From Alphaproteobacteria bacterium (GTDB lineage Bacteria; Pseudomonadota; Alphaproteobacteria; MPNO01), in NCBI GenBank assembly GCA_965248835.1, contig CBDFLJ010000001.1, positions 1,440,001 to 1,504,000 of the forward strand: a stretch of 64,000 nucleotides of DNA, given 5' to 3'. Below the pieces are notes generated by a model. The model had not been told where the DNA came from. It saw nothing but the letters and a program-made list of their open reading frames with translations, and searched no databases. The translations under genes were made by a program, and so were the position numbers. Shown in pieces: positions 7,574 through 16,488 of the stretch. Position 1 is the first letter of the stretch. Each line of letters starts with the position of its first letter.

Positions 7574-10066
7574 ATGCTGGAGTCCGTAATCATCGCACTC
7601 GTCGTCGCGGTCGTCGTCATCGCGATCGTCTATATCCTGTCGGTGTGGATCTACAAGCGCGCGCCGGCGAACATGGGCTTCGTGCGCACCGGGATGCTCG
7701 GCACCAAGGTGTGCCTGGGCCGCGGTGCGATCGTCCTGCCGGTCTTTCACGAGGTCACGTGGGTCTCGCTGGAGACGATCAAGCTGATCGTCAGCCGCGC
7801 GCGCGAGCAGGCCGTTCTGACCTCCGACAAGATCCGGATCGACGTCGTGGCCGAGCTCTACGCCCATGTCGGCCGGACTCCCGAGGATCTGCTGACCGCG
7901 AGCCGGAGCCTGGGGGAAAAGACATTCGATCCCGACAAGGTCCGCAACCTCCTGGAGGCCAAGGTCGTCAGCGTGTTGAGGAGCTATGCCGCCACCAAGA
8001 CGCTCAGCGAGCTGCACGAGAACCGCGAGGCCATCTCGCGCGAGATGAAGGCCGCGGTCATGGAGAGCTTCCAGGCCAACGGGCTGACGCTCGAGGAAGT
8101 CACGATCGCGGCCCTGGAACAGACCGCGAAGGAGCATTTCAAGCCCGACAACGTCTTCGATGCCGAGGGCCTGAAAATCATCACCGACATCACCTCGGAT
8201 GCCCGCCGCAAGGTCCACGAGACCGAAAAGCGGACCGCGGTCGCGATCCGCCAGCGCGACCTCGACACCCAGCTCGATCTCCTGGAGATCGAAAAGAACG
8301 AAGCGCTCGCCAAGGCGGGTCAGGACAAGACGATCTCCAACGAACAGGCCCAGCAGCTTCGCGAGAAGCAGATCTTCATCCTCGACCAACGCAAGGCGGT
8401 TGAGGAGCGCGAGATCGAGAACGACGTTACCCTGGAGCGCATGCGGACCGACCGCGAGGTCGCGATCACCGAGGAGGCGCAAAAGCGCGAGGTGACCGAG
8501 ATCCAAAAGGAGCTTGCGCTGGAGCAGGAACGCAAGGACCGCGAGATCCAGCTCATCAACAAGGAACGCGAGCGCGAGGCGGCCGAGATCCAGCAGCGCA
8601 CCGCCGTGCTGGCCGAACAGGAGGTCGCCCGCGTGCTGCGCCACCAGGCGAGCGAGGACGCCACCGTCGCCACCCGCAAGCAGAGCGTCGAGGCGCGGCT
8701 GACCGTCCTCGATCTCGAAAAGCAGGAGGAGCTCGCCGCGGCCGGGCAGGAGCGCGACGTCGCCAACGAGAAGGCCCGCGCGCTCAGCGAGCGCCAGCGC
8801 TACATCCTGGAACAGCGCTGGGAGGTCCAGCAGGACGAGATCGACAAGGCCCTGGCACTCGACCGCGCGCAGATCCAGAAAGACGCGGCGGTGGCCGAAG
8901 AGAGCAAGATCCTGGAGGCCGCCGAGGTCCGCCGCGCGCTCGCGCTCGAGCTTGAGGAACGCGACCGCGAGATCGCCCTGATCAGGAAGGAGCAGGAACG
9001 CGAGAAGATCGACATCCAGCGGTTCCTGGGACGCGAGAGGGAGGAGCGCGACCGCGAGATCGCCCTTGTCCGCAAGACCGGAGAGCTCGAGGCGGTCGAG
9101 GTCGAGCGGCTGAAAACGACCGCAGAGAAGGAAAACGCCGAGCACGGCGTGGAGTCGGTGCGCATCCTCGCCGATGCCGAGCGGGACAAGGCGATCGAGC
9201 GCATCGAGGCCGAGAAGCTTGCCGAGGTCCGTCGGATCGACGAGGAGAACAAGGCGCAGATCTCGCGTATGCACATGATCACCCAGGCCGAGGCCCGGCA
9301 GACCTCGGCCGAGCGCGAGGCCGAGGCCACGCTGATCAAGGCGCGCGCCAACAGCGATGCGCAGAAGGTCGCGGCCGAGGGCATCGAGAAGGAGGCCGCG
9401 GCCCCGGGCCGCGCCGAGATGGCGGTCGAATCGCTGCGGGTGGAGAACACCCAGCGCATGCTCGAAGCCGAAGCGACCGGCATCGAGGCCAAGGCCGATG
9501 CGCTCAAGAAGTACAACGAGGCTGCGACCTTCCTGGAGCTGGCCAAGATGTATATCGAGGCCGAGCGCGATGTTCATATCGACCAGGCCAAGGCGATGGG
9601 CACCGCGCTCGGTGGCGCGCAGATCCGCATGTACGGCGGCGGCGACGGCACGGTGGAGACGATCCGCGGCATGTTCACCTCCGGCTTCGGCCTGGGCGAG
9701 GCGCTTGAGGGGCTTGGCCAGTCGATGCCCGAGGGGCTGCGCGAGCGGCTGTCCGCGCAGGGCCTCCGCGGCCTCCTCGGCCTGGCGCCGGGCGAGGCAA
9801 AGCCCGATGTCGAACGGACGCTGCAAAAGACCGTCCAACGGCTCGATGCACTGGCCGCCAAGTCGCTGCGCGGCCAGAAGGCGCGCGCGATGCCGCTGTC
9901 CGAAGCGCTCGCCAAGCTCGAACAGCAGGCCAGCGGCGACGACGAAGCGATTCGGGCCGTCAACACGCTCAAGGGCATGAACCCCGAAGGCGCCTTCGAT
10001 GACCTGCCTTTCGACAAGGTGTGGGCGCTGCTTCAGAGCGTGGCGCAGGCGCCCAGCCAGGCTTGA
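7574..10066 (+). CDS. SPFH/band-7 flotillin-like protein (YqiK/FloT-like) with a greatly elongated, internally repeated coiled coil
   Basis: N-terminal TM helix, YKRA..NMGFVRTG..G.KV...GAIVLPVFH, SPFH core, NVFDAEG, E/R/K/A-rich region of about 450 aa, AEA..IEAKA.AL. Confidence 0.9.
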   Translation: MLESVIIALVVAVVVIAIVYILSVWIYKRAPANMGFVRTGMLGTKVCLGRGAIVLPVFHEVTWVSLETIKLIVSRAREQAVLTSDKIRIDVVAELYAHVGRTPEDLLTASRSLGEKTFDPDKVRNLLEAKVVSVLRSYAATKTLSELHENREAISREMKAAVMESFQANGLTLEEVTIAALEQTAKEHFKPDNVFDAEGLKIITDITSDARRKVHETEKRTAVAIRQRDLDTQLDLLEIEKNEALAKAGQDKTISNEQAQQLREKQIFILDQRKAVEEREIENDVTLERMRTDREVAITEEAQKREVTEIQKELALEQERKDREIQLINKEREREAAEIQQRTAVLAEQEVARVLRHQASEDATVATRKQSVEARLTVLDLEKQEELAAAGQERDVANEKARALSERQRYILEQRWEVQQDEIDKALALDRAQIQKDAAVAEESKILEAAEVRRALALELEERDREIALIRKEQEREKIDIQRFLGREREERDREIALVRKTGELEAVEVERLKTTAEKENAEHGVESVRILADAERDKAIERIEAEKLAEVRRIDEENKAQISRMHMITQAEARQTSAEREAEATLIKARANSDAQKVAAEGIEKEAAAPGRAEMAVESLRVENTQRMLEAEATGIEAKADALKKYNEAATFLELAKMYIEAERDVHIDQAKAMGTALGGAQIRMYGGGDGTVETIRGMFTSGFGLGEALEGLGQSMPEGLRERLSAQGLRGLLGLAPGEAKPDVERTLQKTVQRLDALAAKSLRGQKARAMPLSEALAKLEQQASGDDEAIRAVNTLKGMNPEGAFDDLPFDKVWALLQSVAQAPSQA
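8237..9088 (+). repeat. Protein-level tandem duplication (142-aa / 426-nt period) with a 29-aa DRE(I/V) sub-period inside the flotillin coiled coil
   Basis: AVAIRQ (8237) vs TVATRK (8663); DREIQLINKERERE (8537) vs DREIALIRKEQERE (8963); DRE codons at 8450/8537 and 8963/9050 are each 87 nt apart. Confidence 0.8.
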
Positions 10067-10078
10067 GGCGGGGCTGCG

Positions 10079-11164
10079 GTGGCCGAGAACGACGTCGTCC
10101 TGGTCGGGGTGAACAAGACCTTCGAGGGCAATGTCCGCGCGGTGATCGATTTCAACGCCGAGATCGAGCACGGCGAGTTCGTTGCCTTGCTGGGTCCTAG
10201 CGGTTGCGGCAAGACGACCACGCTCAGAATGATCGGCGGGCTGGAGGAGATCACTTCGGGCAAGATCTACCTCTCCGGCAGGGACGTCACCGATCTGCCC
10301 CCGTCCGAGCGCGACACCGCGATGATGTTCCAGAGCTTTGCCCTGTTCCCGCATCGCACCGTCTTCCAGAACGTCGAGTTCAGCCTGAAGATGCAGGGCC
10401 GCGCGCGCGCTGATCGGGCCAAGCCGGTCTGGGACATGTTGGAGATGGTGGGTCTCGCCGATCTCGCCGGCCGCAAGCCGTCCGACCTCAGCGGCGGGCA
10501 GCAGCAGCGCGTGGCGCTGGCCCGGGCGCTGATCAGCCGGCCGACGGTGCTGCTGCTCGACGAGCCGCTGGGCGCGCTCGACTACAACTTGCGCCAGACG
10601 ATGATCGTCGAGCTGAAGAAGATCCAGCGCGAGCTCGGCATGACCTTCATCATGGTCACCCATTCCCAGGAAGAAGCCATGGGCATGGCCGACAAGGTGA
10701 TCGTGATGAGTGACGCGGTGATCCAGCAGACCGGCACCTCGCGCCAGATCTACGAGAACCCGCGCACCCGCTTCGTTGCCGAGTTCATCGGCAACAACAA
10801 CCTGTTCGCCGGCAAGGTCGCCTCGCGCAGCGGCTCGGTCGTCTTCGTCGAGGCCGAGGACAAGCTGTTCTACGTCAGGGTGCCCGAGCACATCCGCCAG
10901 GTCCCGGTCGGGGCCACGGCCAGTTTTGCGGTGCGCGCGGATCTGATGCATGCCGGCGATCACCCCGGGATGGCAAACCGGGTCGAGGGCCGCTACATCA
11001 CCACCGAGTTCCGGGGCTCGCTGGAGACCGACGTCTTCGAAGTCGGCTCGGGGCTGTTCGTCCACGTCGAGCAGCACCGCAACATCTCCGACCGGATCTA
11101 CGCGATGGGCGACCGCGAGACGATCTGCTGGCCGGCGGACGGCGGCGTTCTGCTGGAGGCCTGA
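10079..11164 (+). CDS. ABC transporter ATP-binding protein, PotA-like
   Basis: GPSGCGKTT, FQSFALFPH, LSGGQQQRVALARAL, LLLDEPLGALD, VTHSQEEA, C-terminal TOBE-like region. Confidence 0.95.
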   Translation: MAENDVVLVGVNKTFEGNVRAVIDFNAEIEHGEFVALLGPSGCGKTTTLRMIGGLEEITSGKIYLSGRDVTDLPPSERDTAMMFQSFALFPHRTVFQNVEFSLKMQGRARADRAKPVWDMLEMVGLADLAGRKPSDLSGGQQQRVALARALISRPTVLLLDEPLGALDYNLRQTMIVELKKIQRELGMTFIMVTHSQEEAMGMADKVIVMSDAVIQQTGTSRQIYENPRTRFVAEFIGNNNLFAGKVASRSGSVVFVEAEDKLFYVRVPEHIRQVPVGATASFAVRADLMHAGDHPGMANRVEGRYITTEFRGSLETDVFEVGSGLFVHVEQHRNISDRIYAMGDRETICWPADGGVLLEA

Positions 11165-11226
11165 GGCTTCGGTGCGGCCCGGCTTGCCGGGGACATGCGC
11201 CAGACCCCGCACGGTCCGAAATCCGT

Positions 11227-12054
11227 CTATCGCGCCCGCCGGTAGAGGACCGAATAGACCGTGACGAACAAGCCGATCATCAGCAGCGAGAAGATGGTCG
11301 ACGCCGTGCCCAGCGCGAACAGGGTCGGTCGGATGCGCTGGGTCATCGAGGCGTTGATGTCCAGCGGCAGCGTGTTGAACTCGCCCGACAACAGCGTGGT
11401 GCGCGCGAACTCGTCATAGGACAGGGTGAACCCGAACAGCCCGGCCGCGACCACCCCCGGCAGGATCAGCGGCAGCGTGATCTCCTTGAAGACGGTCCAT
11501 TCGCTCGCCCCCATGTCCCGGGCAGCCTCCTCCAGGCTTGAATCGAACCGGTTGAAGACCGCCATCATCACCAGGAATCCGAAGGGCAGCGTCCACACGA
11601 CATGGACCCCGAGGGCGGTCGACCACCAGGCCGGCGGGATGCCGGCCTCCCTCAAGAGCGTCGCGAGCCCGAGGCTGAGCAGCACGCCGGGCACCATGAG
11701 GCCGGACATGACCGTATAGAACAGGATCGACGAGCCGAGGAACGGCTTGCGGAACGCCATCGCCAACATGGTCGCGAACAGCGCGGTGACCACCATCACC
11801 ACCAGCGCCAGGATCAGCGAGCGGCCGAGCGCGCCCTGCAGGTCGCCCACCGTCGAGGGCTCGAGGAGCTTGTTCCACCAATAGAAGCTGAAGCCCCGCA
11901 TCGGGAAGCTGGTCCCGCCGCGCCGCGCTTGGAAGGACAGCACGAACATCGCGATCATCGGACCGTAGACGAAGACCAGGAACAGCGCGTAGTAGACGCT
12001 GAAACCGCCTTTGATCAGCGATTTGCGCCGCCGGTCCGGGGTCCAGCGCGCCAC
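11227..12054 (-). CDS. ABC transporter permease, PotC-like
   Basis: About 6 TM; EAA motif LEEAARDMGAS; FTLSYDEF. Confidence 0.93.
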   Translation of the reverse strand: MARWTPDRRRKSLIKGGFSVYYALFLVFVYGPMIAMFVLSFQARRGGTSFPMRGFSFYWWNKLLEPSTVGDLQGALGRSLILALVVMVVTALFATMLAMAFRKPFLGSSILFYTVMSGLMVPGVLLSLGLATLLREAGIPPAWWSTALGVHVVWTLPFGFLVMMAVFNRFDSSLEEAARDMGASEWTVFKEITLPLILPGVVAAGLFGFTLSYDEFARTTLLSGEFNTLPLDINASMTQRIRPTLFALGTASTIFSLLMIGLFVTVYSVLYRRAR

Positions 12055-12055
12055 C

Positions 12056-13036
12056 TCAGAGCTCCTTGCGGATGTTGACCACGCGCAGGATCATCACCAC
12101 GCCGATCATCATCGCCAGCATCAGCATGATCGCGTTGACCGCGGCGAAGGGATAGTTGGCGATGGCATAGTAGTTGAGGATCACGGTGCCGGTGGTCGAT
12201 GTCTTGCCGCCATAGACCACCACGGCGGTTGCGAACTCGCCCATGATCATCACGAAGATGAAGATCAGCCCGATGGCGACGCCCGGCAGGGACAGGGGGC
12301 CGATGATCTCGCGAAAGATCTGGAACGAGCTCGCGCCCATGTCGCGCGCGGCATCGATGATCGACCTGTCGATCTTGGCCAGCGAGAAGAAGATCGGCCC
12401 GACGATCAGGACGACATAGAGTTGGACCAGGGCCATGGTGTAGCCGAATTCCGAATAGAGCAGGAAGCCGACCGGTTTGTCGACGATGTCGAGATTGACC
12501 AGCAGCTTGTTGAGCAGCCCGCGTCGGCCCAGCATCGGCAGCCAGGCCACCGCGCGGATCAGGTAGCTGGTCCAGAACGGCACCATCGAGATCAGGAACA
12601 GCGCGAGCTGCCACTTGAACGACTCGACCTGGAAGGCGAGGAAATAGGCGATCGGGAAACCGACGATCAGGCAGAAGAACATCACCACCAGCGCGAAGCG
12701 CAGCGTCGTTCCGAGCGTCTGGATATAGATCGAAAGGGACAGGAACCGGTCCGAGGATGGATCGAAGAAACCCTCGGTCCGGAAGAAGTCGTCGTAGTGC
12801 TGGAGCGTCAGGTCGGGCGCCATGCCATAGCCGGTCGCCTTCCAGAAACTGAACACCACGATTCCGACCAGCGGCAGGACCAGAAAGAGGATCAGCCACG
12901 CCGCGGCCGGGCTGATCAGCCAATAGACCGGAAACCCCTGCGCGCGGCGCGGCTTGTCCGACCCGGCACGCTGGGCGGCCGGTGCCGCGCGGCCGCCGAT
13001 CAGGCCCGGGCGCGCCGTCTGTCCGAGCTGGCTCAC
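12056..13036 (-). CDS. ABC transporter permease, PotB-like
   Basis: PFWTSYLIRAVAW, IDAARDMGAS, PLSLPG; start uncertain. Confidence 0.92.
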   Translation of the reverse strand: MSQLGQTARPGLIGGRAAPAAQRAGSDKPRRAQGFPVYWLISPAAAWLILFLVLPLVGIVVFSFWKATGYGMAPDLTLQHYDDFFRTEGFFDPSSDRFLSLSIYIQTLGTTLRFALVVMFFCLIVGFPIAYFLAFQVESFKWQLALFLISMVPFWTSYLIRAVAWLPMLGRRGLLNKLLVNLDIVDKPVGFLLYSEFGYTMALVQLYVVLIVGPIFFSLAKIDRSIIDAARDMGASSFQIFREIIGPLSLPGVAIGLIFIFVMIMGEFATAVVVYGGKTSTTGTVILNYYAIANYPFAAVNAIMLMLAMMIGVVMILRVVNIRKEL

Positions 13037-13059
13037 GGTGTTGGCGGCCGGTCAGGAAT

Positions 13060-13088
13060 GCGGGCGGGCCCGCGACGATCCCGCCCGC
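13060..13088 (-). other. GC-rich stem-loop between binding-protein and permease genes (probable mRNA-stabilising/attenuating hairpin)
   Basis: GCGGGCGGG (13060-13068) and CCCGCCCGC (13080-13088) form a 9-bp stem; no clear U-tract. Confidence 0.45.
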
Positions 13089-13104
13089 GCGCACCGGTCT
13101 GCCG

Positions 13105-14385
13105 TCAAGCGCTGAGGAACTCCGTCCAGCGCTTGACCAAGTAGTCGTTCTCCTTCATCAGCGAGTTCCAGACCGCGATGTTCTTGAAGCGGTTCCAATA
13201 GGAGCCGCCGTCGCGGACCTCGCCCTTCTCGACGATCGGCGTGCCGAAGGGGTCGTTGAGCTCTCCTGCCGCCGGTTTGCCCATGTACCAGAAGTCCCAT
13301 TCCTCCGGCGTGAGGTGCTGCTTGACGTTTTCCGGCACCGACATGTAGTAGCCCTGACGGGCGACGAACGCGCCGGGCCAGCCGCTCATCCACCAGTTGA
13401 TATAGTCATAGGCCGCATCGAGCTTCTTGCCGGTCACCTTGGCCGAGATCGCAAGCCCGCCGTGCCAGCCGCGCATGCCTTCCTTGGGGAAGGCGTAGAC
13501 GCAGGGCACGCCCTCGGCCTTGACTGCGGTGACCGCCGGCGACCACATCGACTGGACCGCGACCTCGCCGGAGACCATCAGGTTGACCGACTGGCCGAAG
13601 GTCTCCCAGAAGGCGCGGAAATGGCCCTCTTTCTTGCGCTTGATCAGGAAATCGATCAGGAAGTCGATTTCCTCGCGGGTCATGTCGCCCTTGTCCTTGA
13701 ATTTGAGCAGCCCCATCGCCTCGATGGCGAGCGCTGCATCCATGGTGCCGATCTGCGGCACGTTGAGCAGCGCGACCTTGCCCTTGAAGTCCGCGGAGAA
13801 CAGCTCGGCCCAGCTTTCGATCTTGCGGCCGGTCTCGTCCGGGTTGTAGCCGATCGAATCGGCGTTGTGCCAGCCGGGTACCATCGAGATGTAGCGCGAC
13901 GGCCCGTTGACCCGGTTGCCGTCCTTGTCGAGCCAGAGATGGCGGAACGGCGCATCGCCCTGGCCGGGATTGGACTCCGGCGTCAGCCGGCCGGTCTTTG
14001 TAAGGTCGGTGACCTTGTCCCAGTCCTTGATGCGCTGCGTGTCGATCGGCTGCCACACCTTGGCAGGGATGAACACGTCGCAGTCGTTGTAATAACCTTC
14101 GGCGATCTCGTACTGATCGTTCTGGTTGAGCATCTTGCCGAACATCGCGCCATAGCCCAGCGCCTGGCCGCGCACCTGCATGCCGAGATCCTTGCCGGCG
14201 CGGCCCTGAATCTCGTTGATGATGCTCACGCCGAGGCCGATCGTCCGGATGGACTCGGCGCCAAACGCAATGCTGGGAAAGCCGCCTGCCGCGCCCGCGG
14301 CGAGCGCCGCGGCGGACGTGCCGACGAATGTGCGGCGCCTCACGCGCCGGGGTTTGCTGATGTCCGTCTTGAGCTTGTCCGACAT
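13105..14385 (-). CDS. ABC substrate-binding protein, PotD/PotF-like, Tat-exported
   Basis: Twin-arginine RRRTFVG plus Ala-rich signal; NADSIGYNPD, SWAELF, MWSPA, PKEG.RGW; GGAGG upstream of ATG 14385. Confidence 0.9.
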   Translation of the reverse strand: MSDKLKTDISKPRRVRRRTFVGTSAAALAAGAAGGFPSIAFGAESIRTIGLGVSIINEIQGRAGKDLGMQVRGQALGYGAMFGKMLNQNDQYEIAEGYYNDCDVFIPAKVWQPIDTQRIKDWDKVTDLTKTGRLTPESNPGQGDAPFRHLWLDKDGNRVNGPSRYISMVPGWHNADSIGYNPDETGRKIESWAELFSADFKGKVALLNVPQIGTMDAALAIEAMGLLKFKDKGDMTREEIDFLIDFLIKRKKEGHFRAFWETFGQSVNLMVSGEVAVQSMWSPAVTAVKAEGVPCVYAFPKEGMRGWHGGLAISAKVTGKKLDAAYDYINWWMSGWPGAFVARQGYYMSVPENVKQHLTPEEWDFWYMGKPAAGELNDPFGTPIVEKGEVRDGGSYWNRFKNIAVWNSLMKENDYLVKRWTEFLSA

Positions 14386-14486
14386 TTGAGCCTCCATCTT
14401 ATCCGAGACGATTAGGACATTTTCTGAACCCTCTGACAATATGGGCCGGCAAAAAGGATTTTGGGAAAGCGGCCTGGGAGGTGCGG

Positions 14487-15920
14487 GTGAGCGTATTGAT
14501 CAAGGGCGGCAGGATCGTCACCGCAGCCGATGACTACCATGCCGACATCTTCGCGGCCGACGCCACGGTGAGCCTGATCGGCACCGACCTGACGATTGAG
14601 GCCGATGAGGTGATCGATGCGGCGGGGAAGCTGGTCATCCCGGGCGGCGTCGATCCGCACACCCATCTCGAGCTTCCCTTCGGCGGCACGACGACCTCGG
14701 ACACCTTCGAGTCCGGCACCCGGGCGGCGGCGTTCGGCGGCACGACCTGCATCGTCGACTTCGCCGTCCAGTCGCGCGGTATTTCAATGCTGGAATCGCT
14801 CGATAGCTGGCATGCCAAGGCCGCCGGCAAGACCGCGATCGACTACGGCTTCCACATGATCGTTACCGACCTGCCCGAGGAGCGGGTGCCGGAGATGCGC
14901 CGCCTGTCGGACGAGGGGATCACCAGCTACAAGCTGTTCATGGCCTATCCCGGGGCGCTGCTGTCCGATGACGGGACGATCTTCCGGGCGATGCGCAAGG
15001 CCGGCCAGGACGGCACCCTGGTCTGCATGCACGCCGAGAACGGCATCGTGATCGACGAGCTGATCAGGATCGCGCTGGCCGAGGGCCATATCGAGCCCAA
15101 ATACCACGCGGTCACGCGTCCGACCCGGCTGGAGGCCGAAGGCACTCACCGCGCGCTCGCGATCGCCGAGGTCGCACGCGCGCCGGTCTATATCGTCCAC
15201 CTCAGCGCCTTTGACGCGCTCAAGGAACTGCGCGATGCCCAGGCACGCGGCGTGATGGCCCACGCCGAGACCTGCCCGCAATACCTGCTGCTGGACGTCG
15301 GCGCCTATGACGAGCCCGGCTTCGACGGCGCGAAATACGTGCTGACCCCGCCGCTGCGCGAGAAATGGAACCAGGACGAGCTGTGGCGCGGACTGCGGAG
15401 CGGCGATCTGCACGTGATCTCGACCGACCATTGCCCGTTCTGCCTCAAGGAGCAGAAGGAGCTGGGCCTGGACGATTTCTCCAAGATCCCCAACGGCGGG
15501 CCGGGCATCGAGAACCGGATGAGCCTGATCTATCACAACGGCGTCGGCGAGGGCCGGATCACCCTCAACAAGTTTGTCGAGCTGACCTCGACCGCGCCGG
15601 CCAGGATCTTCGGACTGTTCCCGCGCAAGGGCACCATCGCGGTGGGCTCGGACGCCGATATCGTCATCTTCGATCCCGACCGGTCGGAGACCATCAGCGT
15701 CCACAACCCGCGGACCCACCACATGAACATCGACTACAGCGCCTACGAAGGCTTCACGGTCAAGGGCTATACCGAGACCGTGATCTCACGCGGCAAGATC
15801 ATCGTCGACAAGGGCGCGTATGTCGGCCGGCCGGGCGATGGGATGTTCATCAAGCGCGGCCCCTATGGCGGGCTCTACGCCGCGCAGACCTCGCGCGCCG
15901 CGCGCGAGCGCTCCGCCTGA
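14487..15920 (+). CDS. hydA: Dihydropyrimidinase / D-hydantoinase
   Basis: PGGVDPHTH, GGTTCIVDF, SYKLFMAY (carbamylated Lys), HAENG, HAETCPQYL, STDHCPF, KIPNG.PGIE.R. Confidence 0.95.
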   Translation: MSVLIKGGRIVTAADDYHADIFAADATVSLIGTDLTIEADEVIDAAGKLVIPGGVDPHTHLELPFGGTTTSDTFESGTRAAAFGGTTCIVDFAVQSRGISMLESLDSWHAKAAGKTAIDYGFHMIVTDLPEERVPEMRRLSDEGITSYKLFMAYPGALLSDDGTIFRAMRKAGQDGTLVCMHAENGIVIDELIRIALAEGHIEPKYHAVTRPTRLEAEGTHRALAIAEVARAPVYIVHLSAFDALKELRDAQARGVMAHAETCPQYLLLDVGAYDEPGFDGAKYVLTPPLREKWNQDELWRGLRSGDLHVISTDHCPFCLKEQKELGLDDFSKIPNGGPGIENRMSLIYHNGVGEGRITLNKFVELTSTAPARIFGLFPRKGTIAVGSDADIVIFDPDRSETISVHNPRTHHMNIDYSAYEGFTVKGYTETVISRGKIIVDKGAYVGRPGDGMFIKRGPYGGLYAAQTSRAARERSA

Positions 15921-15966
15921 AGGTCGCTGGCGCCGGCATCGATATCCGGCGCAACCCGGCCGGCGC

Positions 15967-16428
15967 TCAGGCGGAGGCCAGGCGGACCAGCTTCAGGAGC
16001 CAGAAGATAACGCAGAAGATCCCGGTCAGGACCACCAGCAGAACCACCGCGCCGAGGCGGTCGCCGAACCCCGCGCTGAGCACCGCGCCGTCGCGCAGCA
16101 GATAGACGCACAGGATCTGCACCGCCTGCAAGGCGGCGCCCGCGCTCAGCAGGATCGCCACGAACACCGAGCCTTGCAGCGAGCTCAGCACCATCGCCTC
16201 GATCGACCGCTGCCGGGTGATGTGCAGCCGGTAGGCCCGCCAGTGATAGCCGCAGAACCCGATCACCGCGATGACCAGCGCCGCCCAGAAGATGTCGTTG
16301 CCGTAGTCGATGCCGTTGAAGACCAGGCTGAACAGGTCCGCGAACGGTTTGTAAAAGAACAGAAAGATCAGGACGATGATGAAGACCAGGAACCCGACCA
16401 GCGTCCAGAACCATTGCCACCCTGTCAT
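15967..16428 (-). CDS. Orphan integral membrane protein, about 4 TM (paralog of 2470-3003)
   Basis: Hydrophobic 153-aa ORF sharing FLxFYxPF, FW, HW, LQ and AGAxLQA motifs with 2470-3003. Confidence 0.8.
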   Translation of the reverse strand: MTGWQWFWTLVGFLVFIIVLIFLFFYKPFADLFSLVFNGIDYGNDIFWAALVIAVIGFCGYHWRAYRLHITRQRSIEAMVLSSLQGSVFVAILLSAGAALQAVQILCVYLLRDGAVLSAGFGDRLGAVVLLVVLTGIFCVIFWLLKLVRLASA

Positions 16429-16488
16429 GTCGTCACCGCTGCGGGACCGCTTGTTGGGGCACCGTTTTACCCGATCGGCCGCACGCCG

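Noticed and set aside
7532-11212. Very long antisense ORFs (also 63-1115, 17847-20168, 37050-39809, 61229-63685)
   Set aside because: Mirror frames of real genes, expected at this GC content; no recognisable motifs
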